Shown here: one piece after another, positions 22,487-32,553 of the stretch
Layout: the number at the start of each line of letters is the position of its first letter
Numbering within the stretch: the stretch's first letter is position 1
IMG/VR virus record: IMGVR_UViG_3300025085_002722
Location: 32,001-96,000 of that record
Origin: a virus
DNA: 64,000 nt
Strand: one strand, 5' to 3'
Made by a program: the position numbers and the translations under genes
The notes under the pieces: generated by a model
What the model was told of the DNA's origin: nothing
Database searches by the model: none
Seen by the model: only the letters and a program-made list of their open reading frames with translations

Positions 22487-22939
22487 TTGCTTGACAAAAT
22501 AGTTAATCCCCAACAACGATTGTCAATATGGCGAGAATATAAAAATGGTCGCCCATCGTTGAAAAATGTGTTACAATACATCAATAGAATAGAAACAAAG
22601 CCTAGAAGTTTTGACTATTTTACGCCAAGTACTTGGCCTACACCGTGGGAAGTACTTGAAGCAGAAATGTTTTGTATGAGTGGTAAAGCAATATTATTGT
22701 ATCATACATTAGCACAATTAGAATACATAGATACAAAAAACGTAAGGTGGCTTGTAGCCGAAAATAAAGAAATTTATCATGAAGGACTTGTGTTTTTTGA
22801 CGGAGTATGTTATTATAACATTTTACCGAATACAAGTGTAAATATTGAAAATTTTGATAATTACATAACAGTTAGAGAAATTATTAGACAGGAAAAACTC
22901 ACAAAGATTCATGAAAGTTACAAAGAGAGACGGCACTAG
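22487..22939 (+). CDS. Hypothetical protein (WPTPWE motif)
   Basis: 150 aa ORF with TTG start. Confidence 0.7.
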   Translation: MLDKIVNPQQRLSIWREYKNGRPSLKNVLQYINRIETKPRSFDYFTPSTWPTPWEVLEAEMFCMSGKAILLYHTLAQLEYIDTKNVRWLVAENKEIYHEGLVFFDGVCYYNILPNTSVNIENFDNYITVREIIRQEKLTKIHESYKERRH

Positions 22940-25199
22940 AGAAGACCTAAATATCGACAAATTACACAAGGTCGTGATGTATGCAGTAGAAGACCTTACT
23001 GGTGTTAGTGCATCACAAGTCGAAATCAATAGCCAAATACAATTCTATGATGGCATCAACTCAACTGATATTCAAGAAACATTAATTAAAAGTACAGCGG
23101 ATCTTATATCAGAAGAGACACCAAATTATCAGTATGTAGCAGGTAGATTAATCAACTATCATTTGCGTAAGCAAGTGTATGGCACATTTGAGCCACCGTG
23201 TCTTTGTGATATTGTACAAAAAAATATTGATGATGGCTTTTATGATTCAGAGTTCACAGACCTCTACACCAAAGACGAAATAAATCAATTACAAACTTAT
23301 ATCAAGCATGAACGCGATGAAGATTTAACTTATGCGGCTATGGAACAGTTCCGTGGTAAGTACCTAGTACAGAACAGAGCAACAGGTCAAATTTACGAAA
23401 CACCGCAAGTAGCATACATGATGATTGCGGCTACATTGTTTGGTAGATATCCTGAAAAGAAAAGAATGGCGTATGTGAAAGCATACTACGATGCTATCAG
23501 TACATTTAGAATTTCCTTGCCTACGCCAGTTATGGCAGGTGTAAGAACACCGCAAAGGCAATTCAGCAGTTGCGTATTGATTGAAACTGATGACAGTTTA
23601 GATAGCATTAACGCAACGTCTAGTGCTGTTGTTAAGTATGTAAGTCAAAAGGCAGGCATTGGTATAGGTGCAGGTAGTATTAGGGCAATTGGCTCGCCTA
23701 TTAGGAGTGGAGACGCAACTCACACAGGAGTTATCCCCTTCTATAAACTATTCCAATCAGCAGTTAAAAGTTGCAGTCAGGGTGGAGTAAGAGGTGGAGC
23801 GGCTACCTTATATTACCCAATTTGGCATTTAGAAGTAGAAGACTTGCTAGTACTAAAGAACAACAAAGGTACTGAAGACAATCGTGTTAGACACATGGAC
23901 TACGGTGTACAGTTTAACAAACTTATGTATGAAAGGCTCATCAGCGGTGGTAACATCACATTGTTCTCACCTAAAGATGTTCCTGAATTATACGAAAGTT
24001 TCTTTACTGATCAAGACAAATTTAAAGAATTATACGAAGCGGCTGAACGTAAAACAAGTATTAGGAAAAAGTCTATTCCTGCTATTGAATTGTTTTCTGC
24101 GTTCGTACAAGAACGCAAGGACACAGGTAGAATTTACTTAATGAACGTTGACCATGCTAACACACATGGTGCATTTATTGAAGACGTAGCACCAGTTAGG
24201 CAGAGTAACTTATGCTGTGAAATTGATTTGCCTACTAAACCACTAACACATATCAATGATGAAGAGGGCGAGATCAGTTTGTGTACGTTGAGTGCAGTCA
24301 ATTGGGGTGTTATCAAAGACTTTGAAGAAATGAACAAAGTATGTAAACTTGCAGTTAGGGGATTAGACGAACTATTAGACTATCAACAATACCCAGTATT
24401 GGCGGCAGAACTCAGCACAATGAAAAGAAGACCACTGGGAATTGGTATTATTAACTTTGCATATTGGATGGCAAAGCATGGCATGACATATCAAGAGCCA
24501 AACCTGGAACTAATCGACGAGTGGGCAGAGGCATGGAGTTATAGTTTAATTAAAGCCAGTAACAAACTAGCAATGGAAAAAGGCAAATGCCCAGGCACAA
24601 ACGAAACAAAATACGGTTTAGGCATTACTCCTAACCAAACATACAAAAAAGATGTCGACGAATTAGTACCACATAAAGAAAGACAAAATTGGAAAGAACT
24701 TAGAAAGAATTTGAAGGAGCATGGTATAAGAAACTCTACTTTGATGGCATTAATGCCGGCAGAAACGTCTGCACAGATAAGTAACAGCACGAATGGAATT
24801 GAGCCACCGCGAGGATACATCAGCATAAAGCAAAGCAAACATGGTGTATTAAAACAGGTTGTACCAGGCTTTCCATACTATAAAAACAAATATGATCTAC
24901 TGTGGGATCAAAAGTCACCACAAGGCTATTTAAAAATAATGGCTGTACTACAAAAGTATATTGATCAGGGAATTTCGGTAAATACTTCTTACAATCCCGA
25001 ACACTATGAAGATGAAAAAGTACCAATGAGTGTGCTAATTCAGGATCTTCTAATGTTTTATAAGTATGGTGGAAAGCAGTTGTACTACAACAACACATAC
25101 GATGGGCAAGGCGAGATTGATATTAACAAAGATGATAAACTAGAAGATTTGCCCATGGGCGAACTAGATGACGAAGATTGCGAGAGTTGTAAAATTTAA
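22911..25199 (+). CDS. nrdA: Ribonucleoside-diphosphate reductase class Ia alpha subunit
   Basis: ATP-cone VTKRDG, QFSSC, SNLCCEI, PAETSAQ, YYN and C-terminal CESC; uninterrupted. Confidence 0.98.
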   Translation: MKVTKRDGTREDLNIDKLHKVVMYAVEDLTGVSASQVEINSQIQFYDGINSTDIQETLIKSTADLISEETPNYQYVAGRLINYHLRKQVYGTFEPPCLCDIVQKNIDDGFYDSEFTDLYTKDEINQLQTYIKHERDEDLTYAAMEQFRGKYLVQNRATGQIYETPQVAYMMIAATLFGRYPEKKRMAYVKAYYDAISTFRISLPTPVMAGVRTPQRQFSSCVLIETDDSLDSINATSSAVVKYVSQKAGIGIGAGSIRAIGSPIRSGDATHTGVIPFYKLFQSAVKSCSQGGVRGGAATLYYPIWHLEVEDLLVLKNNKGTEDNRVRHMDYGVQFNKLMYERLISGGNITLFSPKDVPELYESFFTDQDKFKELYEAAERKTSIRKKSIPAIELFSAFVQERKDTGRIYLMNVDHANTHGAFIEDVAPVRQSNLCCEIDLPTKPLTHINDEEGEISLCTLSAVNWGVIKDFEEMNKVCKLAVRGLDELLDYQQYPVLAAELSTMKRRPLGIGIINFAYWMAKHGMTYQEPNLELIDEWAEAWSYSLIKASNKLAMEKGKCPGTNETKYGLGITPNQTYKKDVDELVPHKERQNWKELRKNLKEHGIRNSTLMALMPAETSAQISNSTNGIEPPRGYISIKQSKHGVLKQVVPGFPYYKNKYDLLWDQKSPQGYLKIMAVLQKYIDQGISVNTSYNPEHYEDEKVPMSVLIQDLLMFYKYGGKQLYYNNTYDGQGEIDINKDDKLEDLPMGELDDEDCESCKI

Positions 25200-26287
25200 T
25201 GAGTGTACTTAATACTAAATCAAAATATACAGAAAAGAGTAAAATGTTCTTGTCTGCCGACATGGGAGTACAGAGGTTTGACGTACTTAAATACAGACAG
25301 TTTGATAAACTCACAGAAAAGCAGTTAGGATTCTTTTGGCGACCAGAAGAAGTTGATATTACCAAAGACAGCAAGGATTTTAAAGACTTAACAGACTTCG
25401 AGCAACACATCTTTACTAGTAATTTAAAAAGACAAATACTGTTAGATAGTGTACAAGGACGGTCACCTAACTTGGCATTACTACCAATTGTGAGTTTACC
25501 TGAATTAGAAACATGGATTGAAACATGGGCATTTTCAGAAACTATTCACAGTAAAAGTTATACACATATCATTAGAAATGTGTACCCAGATCCAAGTAAA
25601 GTGTTTGATGAAATGATGAGTATCAAAGAAATTATTGATTGTTCAGACAGCATAACACAATACTACGATTCATTAATTGAGTATAACAGACTTAGAGAAA
25701 ACGGCAGTTCTAAATACAGCGAGTATGAACACAAGAAACGTATTTGGATGTGTTTAATGAGTGTAAACATTTTAGAAGGTGTACGTTTTTATGTATCCTT
25801 TGCATGTAGTTGGGCATTTGCAGAACTTAAAAAGATGGAAGGCAATGCAAAAATTATTAAACTGATTGCTAGAGATGAAAATGTTCACTTAGCAAGTACA
25901 CAACAAATGCTAAAACTTTTACCACGTGAAGACAAGGACTTTGAAAAAATTAAAAATGAAACTTATAAAGAGTGTACACAACTTTTCTTAGACGCAGTTG
26001 AGCAAGAGAAAAAATGGGCAGACTACTTATTCAAAGACGGCAGTATCATTGGTTTGAATGCTGAACTATTAAAACAATATGTTGAGTACATAGCAGGTAA
26101 AAGAATGCATGCCGTAGGACAAGAAAAAATATTTAATACAGGCACTAATCCTTTACCTTGGACCCAAGCATGGATCACAGGTGGAGAAGTACAAGTAGCA
26201 CCACAAGAAACTGAAATTAGCAGTTATGTTATTGGGGGTACTAAACAAGACGTTGACAAAGAAACCTTCTCAGGCTTCTCGTTATAA
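25199..26287 (+). CDS. nrdB: Ribonucleoside-diphosphate reductase class Ia beta subunit
   Basis: FFWRPEE, ETIHSKSY, EGVRFY, DENVH and APQETEISSY motifs. Confidence 0.98.
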   Translation: MSVLNTKSKYTEKSKMFLSADMGVQRFDVLKYRQFDKLTEKQLGFFWRPEEVDITKDSKDFKDLTDFEQHIFTSNLKRQILLDSVQGRSPNLALLPIVSLPELETWIETWAFSETIHSKSYTHIIRNVYPDPSKVFDEMMSIKEIIDCSDSITQYYDSLIEYNRLRENGSSKYSEYEHKKRIWMCLMSVNILEGVRFYVSFACSWAFAELKKMEGNAKIIKLIARDENVHLASTQQMLKLLPREDKDFEKIKNETYKECTQLFLDAVEQEKKWADYLFKDGSIIGLNAELLKQYVEYIAGKRMHAVGQEKIFNTGTNPLPWTQAWITGGEVQVAPQETEISSYVIGGTKQDVDKETFSGFSL

Positions 26288-26315
26288 TATAAATATTCAC
26301 ACACAGAGGAAACAC

Positions 26316-26612
26316 ATGTTAGTAAATAAATCTCATACAAAAGGTGACGTTGTCACTATCAAATTAACCAGCGATACAGAAATTATTACACGTTTTATCA
26401 GTCAAGATGAAAACGGTATTACTATTGAAAAGCCTATGGCAGTACAAATTACTCAACAAGGTTTAGGATTGATGCCATGGTTGTTTAGTGCTGATGCATC
26501 AAAAGAAATTACTATTTCAAATGAAAAAGTATTTTGTACAATGGATACACTGAAGGATCTTGCTGATCAATATATCGAAGGTACTACAGGTATTAGTTTA
26601 GCAAAGGCTTAA
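26316..26612 (+). CDS. Small Sm-like-fold phage protein
   Basis: GAGG SD and ATG at 26316; GDVVTIKL...LMPW...QYIEGTTGI pattern. Confidence 0.6.
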   Translation: MLVNKSHTKGDVVTIKLTSDTEIITRFISQDENGITIEKPMAVQITQQGLGLMPWLFSADASKEITISNEKVFCTMDTLKDLADQYIEGTTGISLAKA

Positions 26613-27190
26613 AGAAGATCTAAATCCATTCCGTGTTCAGCAATTAAAGATTGTTTTTCTTCTTCGCTTAGTTCTGTCCTACCTGGATTATTAGGAAATA
26701 CACAACAAGGTTGAACGTTGTAGAAACTGCTGTTTTCTTCACACCATTCTCTGCGATAGAATTTACCAGTACCATTCTTGTCCCATTCGATGTGAATTTT
26801 TTCAGCAGAATCTTGTATTACTGTTATCATATCTGAGCCAACTTGTACACAAGAATCTCTCTGTAAGCGATCTAAATATCTACCCTCATGTAGACCAAAG
26901 GCCGGAAATGCTTCTTTGTATGCAGGGTGGTCAGCAAGCCATTGCTCCATTTCTTGAGCAGATGCATCGTGAAATTCATAGACACCAAATCTATCAGAAT
27001 AATTATCACTAATCCAGTGTTTTTCTTTTTCCCATGGGTCATTTTCATCATGTTTGCCTAAGTCAGCAACTTGATTACCGTTGATAAATTTAAGAATATT
27101 ATCGCCACCGTTGTAAGATTTGTATGTAATATTGTCTATTTCACAATATATGTAGCCTTCTTCTTGATTATGGTACCATTCTAGTTTCAT
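26609..27190 (-). CDS. Hypothetical protein (start reassigned to MKLEWY)
   Basis: ATAAATA-N5-ATG on the minus strand; the track's upstream extension is antisense to the PAAR gene. Confidence 0.75.
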   Translation of the reverse strand: MKLEWYHNQEEGYIYCEIDNITYKSYNGGDNILKFINGNQVADLGKHDENDPWEKEKHWISDNYSDRFGVYEFHDASAQEMEQWLADHPAYKEAFPAFGLHEGRYLDRLQRDSCVQVGSDMITVIQDSAEKIHIEWDKNGTGKFYRREWCEENSSFYNVQPCCVFPNNPGRTELSEEEKQSLIAEHGMDLDLL

Positions 27191-27195
27191 ACTAG

Positions 27196-27213
27196 TATTT
27201 ATAATGATAAATA
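27196..27213. promoter_or_regulatory. Back-to-back divergent late promoter cores
   Basis: TATTTAT at 27196-27202 (minus) and ATAAATA at 27207-27213 (plus). Confidence 0.7.
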
Positions 27214-27221
27214 ATATTACT

Positions 27222-27488
27222 ATGTCAAAAGCCGCACTCAAAGGAACATCAATAGCAGGAGGTCCAATTACTTCAGGAGCCTCTAGAACTACAATTGAAG
27301 GTATTGCTCCAGCAAGAAAAGGCGACACAGTTCAAGGTCATGGCGACTCGCCACATTCCAATCCTACAGTAGCATCTGGTTCCAGTAAAGTAAATATAGA
27401 AGGTAAACCAGCCGCCAGAGATGGGATCGATAGTGCTTCTTGTATGCACGGTATATCCGGCGGCGCAAGTAAGACTAACATTGGATAA
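27222..27488 (+). CDS. PAAR-repeat tail spike tip protein
   Basis: APARKGD, VNIEGKPAARDG, His/Cys metal ligands. Confidence 0.92.
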   Translation: MSKAALKGTSIAGGPITSGASRTTIEGIAPARKGDTVQGHGDSPHSNPTVASGSSKVNIEGKPAARDGIDSASCMHGISGGASKTNIG

Positions 27489-28521
27489 ACTATTTAATAA
27501 CAAATGTGAACTAGACGAACGCAAATATTTTAAAGTTCTGCGTGACGACATAGATAACACCAAACTAAAAAAATACAAAAAAGATATCTTGTATCTTGGC
27601 GGCGAAATTGAAAGACAAAAAGCAATTAATACTCGTGCAAATATAAACGAAAATTTATCCGAGTTTGACGATACGCATGAGTACATTATCTCTACTGTTA
27701 AAAAAGATATTAATTATAAAAACTTTGACGATCTGTTTGAAAAAGTATACAGAGAAAGATTAGAATTAAAACCCCATAATGTTTTTATAAGTGGTGGTAT
27801 TGATAGCACTACATTGTATAACCTGCTTAAACGCAAGGACATTGCGTTTAAACCATACTGTATACGATACAAATCTCAGGGCATTATATTCAATGATTAT
27901 GAAATAAAAAATGTTGCTGACGATGTTGAAATAATAGATTTTGATATTTTAAAGTTTTTTGATAGCGGTGATTTCTTAGAAACTGCACAAAAATATCATT
28001 GTGTTACTCCACAATTTTTACCATTACTAAAGGTATTTGAATCAATAGACGGACCTATTATAGAAACATCAAGTGCACCAAACGGCAGTATAAATGACAT
28101 AGTATCTGTTGACAGGCTAAGTACAAAATATCTATCTTATAGATATGCCCTAGATTTAAGAAATGATGATAGTATTTTTAATTTTTATAGAAGCCATCAT
28201 TTTATAGATCAATTATCTACAGATGCATACAAAGATTTAAACAAGAAATATGGAAGAGACGTTTCGCGAGGTGCAGGTGTTGATGCATGGGACCAAGAAT
28301 ACAATATTAAAATACAGTTGTATAAAAATATATTTAATACTGTTGGCCATAAGGCTGTCAAATTCACTGGTTTTGAGGCACTAAAAACTTGGTATGCAGA
28401 TAAATATATAGGTAACGATCCTTATCTACAAGTGTTCGATAAGCATTTTAGACAACCATTACTGAAACGCAATATTGACAAGTTTAAGGATTTATTAATT
28501 ATTAACATATTGAAGGGATAA
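27481..28521 (+). CDS. PP-loop adenine nucleotide alpha-hydrolase (asparagine-synthase-like)
   Basis: ISGGIDS motif and KFTGFE; start probably TTG at 27481. Confidence 0.6.
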   Translation: MDKLFNNKCELDERKYFKVLRDDIDNTKLKKYKKDILYLGGEIERQKAINTRANINENLSEFDDTHEYIISTVKKDINYKNFDDLFEKVYRERLELKPHNVFISGGIDSTTLYNLLKRKDIAFKPYCIRYKSQGIIFNDYEIKNVADDVEIIDFDILKFFDSGDFLETAQKYHCVTPQFLPLLKVFESIDGPIIETSSAPNGSINDIVSVDRLSTKYLSYRYALDLRNDDSIFNFYRSHHFIDQLSTDAYKDLNKKYGRDVSRGAGVDAWDQEYNIKIQLYKNIFNTVGHKAVKFTGFEALKTWYADKYIGNDPYLQVFDKHFRQPLLKRNIDKFKDLLIINILKG

Positions 28522-28525
28522 TAAA

Positions 28526-30226
28526 ATGGCTGTTAAATCATATATCGTATCGTTTGAACACGAACACATAGATGGTGATTCTGTTTCTTTTGACCAGTCT
28601 GCAACAGAAACTGCACTTACGGGTGCAGGTGCAACAATAGATAGTAGTTTTGATCATGCTAAGTCTGGTATGTATAAAATTAGTATCGACGAGACTAACA
28701 TAAGTAGCATTTCATCACTAACAGGTTACGTTGCATCAGAGAATGTAACGGACCAAGCAGATGCCACACTATTAATTAGTGAAGCAACAAGCGAATGGCA
28801 CAAACAAAGAATAGTAACTAGAAACTTACCACTAAGAACAACTTTTGACCCTGTATATACAGGAAATAACTCAGTAGTATATCTAATGGACAGTGGTGTT
28901 GACCAAGGTCACCCAGAGTTCTCAGGAAAAAGTTTTGAACCTATATATTCAGTAATGGAATCACCCGGTGGATTTGCTGAATTTATAGAAGACGGCAACG
29001 CCGGTACAGATTTTGATACATCAGACAAACACGGTCATGGAACAGCAATGGCTAGTTTAATCAATGGTGCTACATACGGTGTAGCCGGAGATGCCACAAT
29101 AGGAATTGTTAAAATTTCCGACCCTTCAGTAGATGGCGGTGCTATCAAATTAGAAAATGTACTAAATGCCTTTAAAGCAATAAGATTAGCAGACATTAAC
29201 TTTCTTGATGAGGGTGGGTCAACTTATACTAATGCACCAACTGTATGCATGGCATGGAGTTTTCCAAAATCACAAGTACTAGACAGATATGTTTCCTTAA
29301 TGCAAAATCGCGAAGGCTTCTTAATGGTTGCCGCGGCAGGTAACAACGGTGGAGATGTTGATAATTATTCACCAGCAGGCATTAACGAAATTTTAACAGT
29401 AGGCGCAAGTGACAGTTCAGATAACGTACCTTCATTCTCAAATGATGCAGGTGCTATCGTAGAACAAGGTACTGGACTACAAACAAACGGTGGTGAAGAA
29501 GTCGATGTATTTGCTCCAGGTGTTGCAGTAAACTATGCAGACATCAGCAATAGATTAAATGACAGCGATTACACAGGCGTTACAGGCGATGATCTAAAAA
29601 CTACAGGTAGTGGAACAAGTATATCTTGTGCCATAGTTGCAGGTATGGGTGCTATGTCTTCTGAAAGATTTGGAAGTAGTAGAGCAACAGGAAATGCACT
29701 CAAAGAACTAGTTATTGAACAATCATTAACTGGACTACTTTTCCAAGATCCAGGATTATACAGCAGTACACCAAATAACATCGTGTTTGCAGAAAACGAA
29801 TATTATGCAACTGTATGGAATACAGCCGCTGGTAACTTAGGAGACTTTTTACTTACAGGTGCTGGCGATATTGATATTAGTTTAGATGTTGCTAATACTG
29901 TAACAGAAATTACTAGTTCAGAATTTGCCGCAATGCCACCAGCATTAGAATTAAATGGTAATGCGTCAACCGGTTGGAATATTACAGCAAATACCAGTGT
30001 AACAGGTACTATGAGTAATACAACAATATATAACTTTATTCTAACTGCAACTAAAAGCGATAACACAAAATATAACAGACACTTTTCAGTAAGTTTATTT
30101 GGTGGTAGCGAAATTACAGAAGACGAAAGAACTGCAGGTAATGAAACATACTTTGTAAACGACGGCGGAACATTAAGTGAAGTTGTTTATGGCTCAGGTC
30201 AGTATGCAGGTAGACAGTTAAAATAA
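28526..30226 (+). CDS. Subtilisin-like S8 serine peptidase
   Basis: Catalytic triad motifs MDSGV, HGHGT and SGTS; AAAGN oxyanion motif. Confidence 0.93.
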   Translation: MAVKSYIVSFEHEHIDGDSVSFDQSATETALTGAGATIDSSFDHAKSGMYKISIDETNISSISSLTGYVASENVTDQADATLLISEATSEWHKQRIVTRNLPLRTTFDPVYTGNNSVVYLMDSGVDQGHPEFSGKSFEPIYSVMESPGGFAEFIEDGNAGTDFDTSDKHGHGTAMASLINGATYGVAGDATIGIVKISDPSVDGGAIKLENVLNAFKAIRLADINFLDEGGSTYTNAPTVCMAWSFPKSQVLDRYVSLMQNREGFLMVAAAGNNGGDVDNYSPAGINEILTVGASDSSDNVPSFSNDAGAIVEQGTGLQTNGGEEVDVFAPGVAVNYADISNRLNDSDYTGVTGDDLKTTGSGTSISCAIVAGMGAMSSERFGSSRATGNALKELVIEQSLTGLLFQDPGLYSSTPNNIVFAENEYYATVWNTAAGNLGDFLLTGAGDIDISLDVANTVTEITSSEFAAMPPALELNGNASTGWNITANTSVTGTMSNTTIYNFILTATKSDNTKYNRHFSVSLFGGSEITEDERTAGNETYFVNDGGTLSEVVYGSGQYAGRQLK

Positions 30227-30245
30227 AATATTTTTTATAAAAAAG

Positions 30246-30270
30246 TAGGCTGGGAACAGCCTATTTTTTT
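30246..30270 (+). terminator. Rho-independent terminator
   Basis: TAGGCTG-GGAA-CAGCCTA followed by T7. Confidence 0.88.
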
Positions 30271-30293
30271 GACCGCACAAAATAAATACTACT

Positions 30294-30770
30294 GTGGAAA
30301 CAACCAATATATCATTTGAAACTATTTGTCATGTGTGGCAAAAACATTTATGGCAAAATAGAGTAAGTCCAATTGAAACTCATAGTGCAATGACTTGGCC
30401 ATTTGACGGCAATCCATTAGAATACGATATGGATATTTTTAATTATACACCAACTTTTTTTGCTATCTTTCTAAGGCAAGAGATAGTAGGAGTAAACAGC
30501 GGACACAGAACAAAGGATAATATCTATAGAAGCAGAGGTATATGGGTACGACCCGAATACAGAAAAAGAGGTATATCGACAATGTTATTTGATGCTACAG
30601 AAAAACAAGCAATCAAAGAAGGTTGCAATATGATATGGAGCATACCTCGTAAAAGTGCCTTACCGGCATATACTAAATTTGGCTTTGAAACTGTAGGTAA
30701 CTATTTTGACGAAGGCATGGAGTTTGGGCCTAACATATATGTAACCAAGGAACTAAATGTATCCAACTAA
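30294..30770 (+). CDS. GNAT acetyltransferase
   Basis: WVRPEYRKRGIS acetyl-CoA motif and AYTKFGF. Confidence 0.88.
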   Translation: METTNISFETICHVWQKHLWQNRVSPIETHSAMTWPFDGNPLEYDMDIFNYTPTFFAIFLRQEIVGVNSGHRTKDNIYRSRGIWVRPEYRKRGISTMLFDATEKQAIKEGCNMIWSIPRKSALPAYTKFGFETVGNYFDEGMEFGPNIYVTKELNVSN

Positions 30771-31779
30771 AGTACATGGACCTAGACCAGAGGTACTGTC
30801 GAAAGATATCACTATACAATGGAGTATGGGCAATAGTTGTAACTTTGAATGTGAATACTGCCCCGCACAATTACATGATGGCAGTTTAGGTTGGCACGAT
30901 ACAAGTAAGTATATAGACATTATAGAAAAAATATGTAAACACTATCAAGAACAAGACAAAGTAGTAAACTTTGAATTTATTGGCGGCGAAGTTACAGTTA
31001 TACCTGGCTTTATAGAAATATTAGAAAAAGTAAAAGAGTACAACGGGCACAATATAATTTTTACAAATGGTAGCAGAACAGTTAATTGGTGGAGCAAAGC
31101 AAAACATTTAATTGATGATTTAGTGATCAGTTACCACCCACAATCAATGGACGAAGATTCGCTGATAGAAATCGCTGAAGAAATAAAAGACTCGGTGTAT
31201 ACAAGTTATCAACTAGCAGGTGTAAAAGATTACTTACCAAGACTAGAACTGTTAGCAGAGAGGCTTAGAACAGTATATAAGCATAGTACAGTACAGGACT
31301 ACTGGGGTGTTAATATTGCAATCAAAACCATGTATAAAAAACTATTAGGTCCTGGTGCTAAACAAGATACATTTTATGACTATAGTGGCAATGATTGGCG
31401 TATATTAAATTTACCCACATGGAAAGAAAATCCAGACACACCTCCGCCACCGCCGCCAGATCCAAATGCTCCGCCTCCACCAGAGCCACATCCAAGTAGA
31501 TTTTTATTCACATACCAGACACCTGAAGAAACAAACTACTACAATGCAGATCAAATTATGGATCAAGGACTAAACAAATTTCAGGGCATGATGTGTCATA
31601 TAGGCGAGCGAGGTTTTAATATCGACATGCGTGGCAATATTGTTAGCAGTTGGTGTGGTGCTAAAACATATGGTAATGTGTTTGAATCTGATTTTGAATT
31701 GCCGACACCCGAAGGCGTAGTTTGTCCACATGAGCATTGTAATAATCCCAAAGATATTCAAATACTCAAAACTGCCTAA
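30757..31779 (+). CDS. Radical SAM protein with C-terminal Cys-rich (twitch/SPASM-like) domain
   Basis: CNFECEYC, GGE, TNG; C-terminal C...WC...CPHEHC. Confidence 0.9.
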   Translation: MYPTKVHGPRPEVLSKDITIQWSMGNSCNFECEYCPAQLHDGSLGWHDTSKYIDIIEKICKHYQEQDKVVNFEFIGGEVTVIPGFIEILEKVKEYNGHNIIFTNGSRTVNWWSKAKHLIDDLVISYHPQSMDEDSLIEIAEEIKDSVYTSYQLAGVKDYLPRLELLAERLRTVYKHSTVQDYWGVNIAIKTMYKKLLGPGAKQDTFYDYSGNDWRILNLPTWKENPDTPPPPPPDPNAPPPPEPHPSRFLFTYQTPEETNYYNADQIMDQGLNKFQGMMCHIGERGFNIDMRGNIVSSWCGAKTYGNVFESDFELPTPEGVVCPHEHCNNPKDIQILKTA

Positions 31780-31935
31780 AACCCCTACTAAATCAATAAC
31801 ATAATATAAATAGACTGTATAAAAGGATATAACTTACTTTTATATTATTTTTGCCCACATTCAAGATAAAATTTTAATAACATGCTAGGTTGTATGTTGT
31901 GATATCCTATTTATGGGCACATACAACAGACAAAG

Positions 31936-32022
31936 ATGGAAAAACTTAGAGACAAAGCAGAGTTATTTACACTCATATCAGTATTCTTATTCAGCATTAT
32001 TGCACTTACACCAGTAACATGA
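31936..32022 (+). CDS. Small membrane peptide (MEKLRDKAELFTLISVFLFSIIALTPVT)
   Basis: Translated by hand; ATGA overlap with the next ORF. Confidence 0.5.
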   Translation: MEKLRDKAELFTLISVFLFSIIALTPVT

Positions 32023-32147
32023 AATATGCTTTATGTTATATGATGTTACTGTTCGCCGCACAAACTGATAACATAGCAGGCATTTTACGTGGATTACGAG
32101 ATGTCAGTAATTCACCTTATTATTTGGAACCTAAAAATGATCATTAA
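32019..32147 (+). CDS. Small protein (MKYALCYMMLLFAAQTDN...)
   Basis: Translated by hand; coupled to the previous ORF. Confidence 0.5.
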   Translation: MKYALCYMMLLFAAQTDNIAGILRGLRDVSNSPYYLEPKNDH

Positions 32148-32186
32148 CCGTCTTTTAAAAACAATTTACAAATACTGGATACTACC

Positions 32187-32378
32187 ATGGACACCAATAC
32201 CTTACAAATAAAAAACGCAACACCCGAAGAAGTTCACAAGTGGCAAAACGGCGAAGACTTCTTTATGACAGGAAACTTTGATGTAATGAAAATGTTTGTT
32301 GTGATACCAGCAGTAATTCAGGTAGTAGTGTTTGGATTAATGTTAGCAGTCATGTACTTAAACACATTTTTCTTTTGA
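32187..32378 (+). CDS. Small membrane protein
   Basis: C-terminal hydrophobic helix. Confidence 0.65.
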   Translation: MDTNTLQIKNATPEEVHKWQNGEDFFMTGNFDVMKMFVVIPAVIQVVVFGLMLAVMYLNTFFF

Positions 32379-32542
32379 TAAAAAACGCAATTAAAGCCGT
32401 TATAGGTGTAGGAAGAGAATCCGATAGCAAATTCGAAATTAAACCTTTAGCAATTATTTGGTTTGCATTACTAGTAGCATTTTTCTTTCTAGGTACAGTA
32501 AGTTTATTATTGCTCTTGACAAGTTTGATTATTGCTGTATAA
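32375..32542 (+). CDS. Small membrane protein (DUF2970-like)
   Basis: TTGA overlap; IKAVIGVG...IKPLAII followed by a TM helix; translated by hand. Confidence 0.5.
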   Translation: MIKNAIKAVIGVGRESDSKFEIKPLAIIWFALLVAFFFLGTVSLLLLLTSLIIAV

Positions 32543-32553
32543 TAAATACAGTT

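Noticed and set aside
22911-26287. Introns, inteins or homing endonucleases in nrdA/nrdB
   Set aside because: Both ORFs are continuous and of normal length.
27481-28521. Calling the SGGIDS protein QueC
   Set aside because: It lacks the QueC C-terminal zinc-binding cysteine cluster and the YGQ/RN motifs; only the PP-loop is shared.
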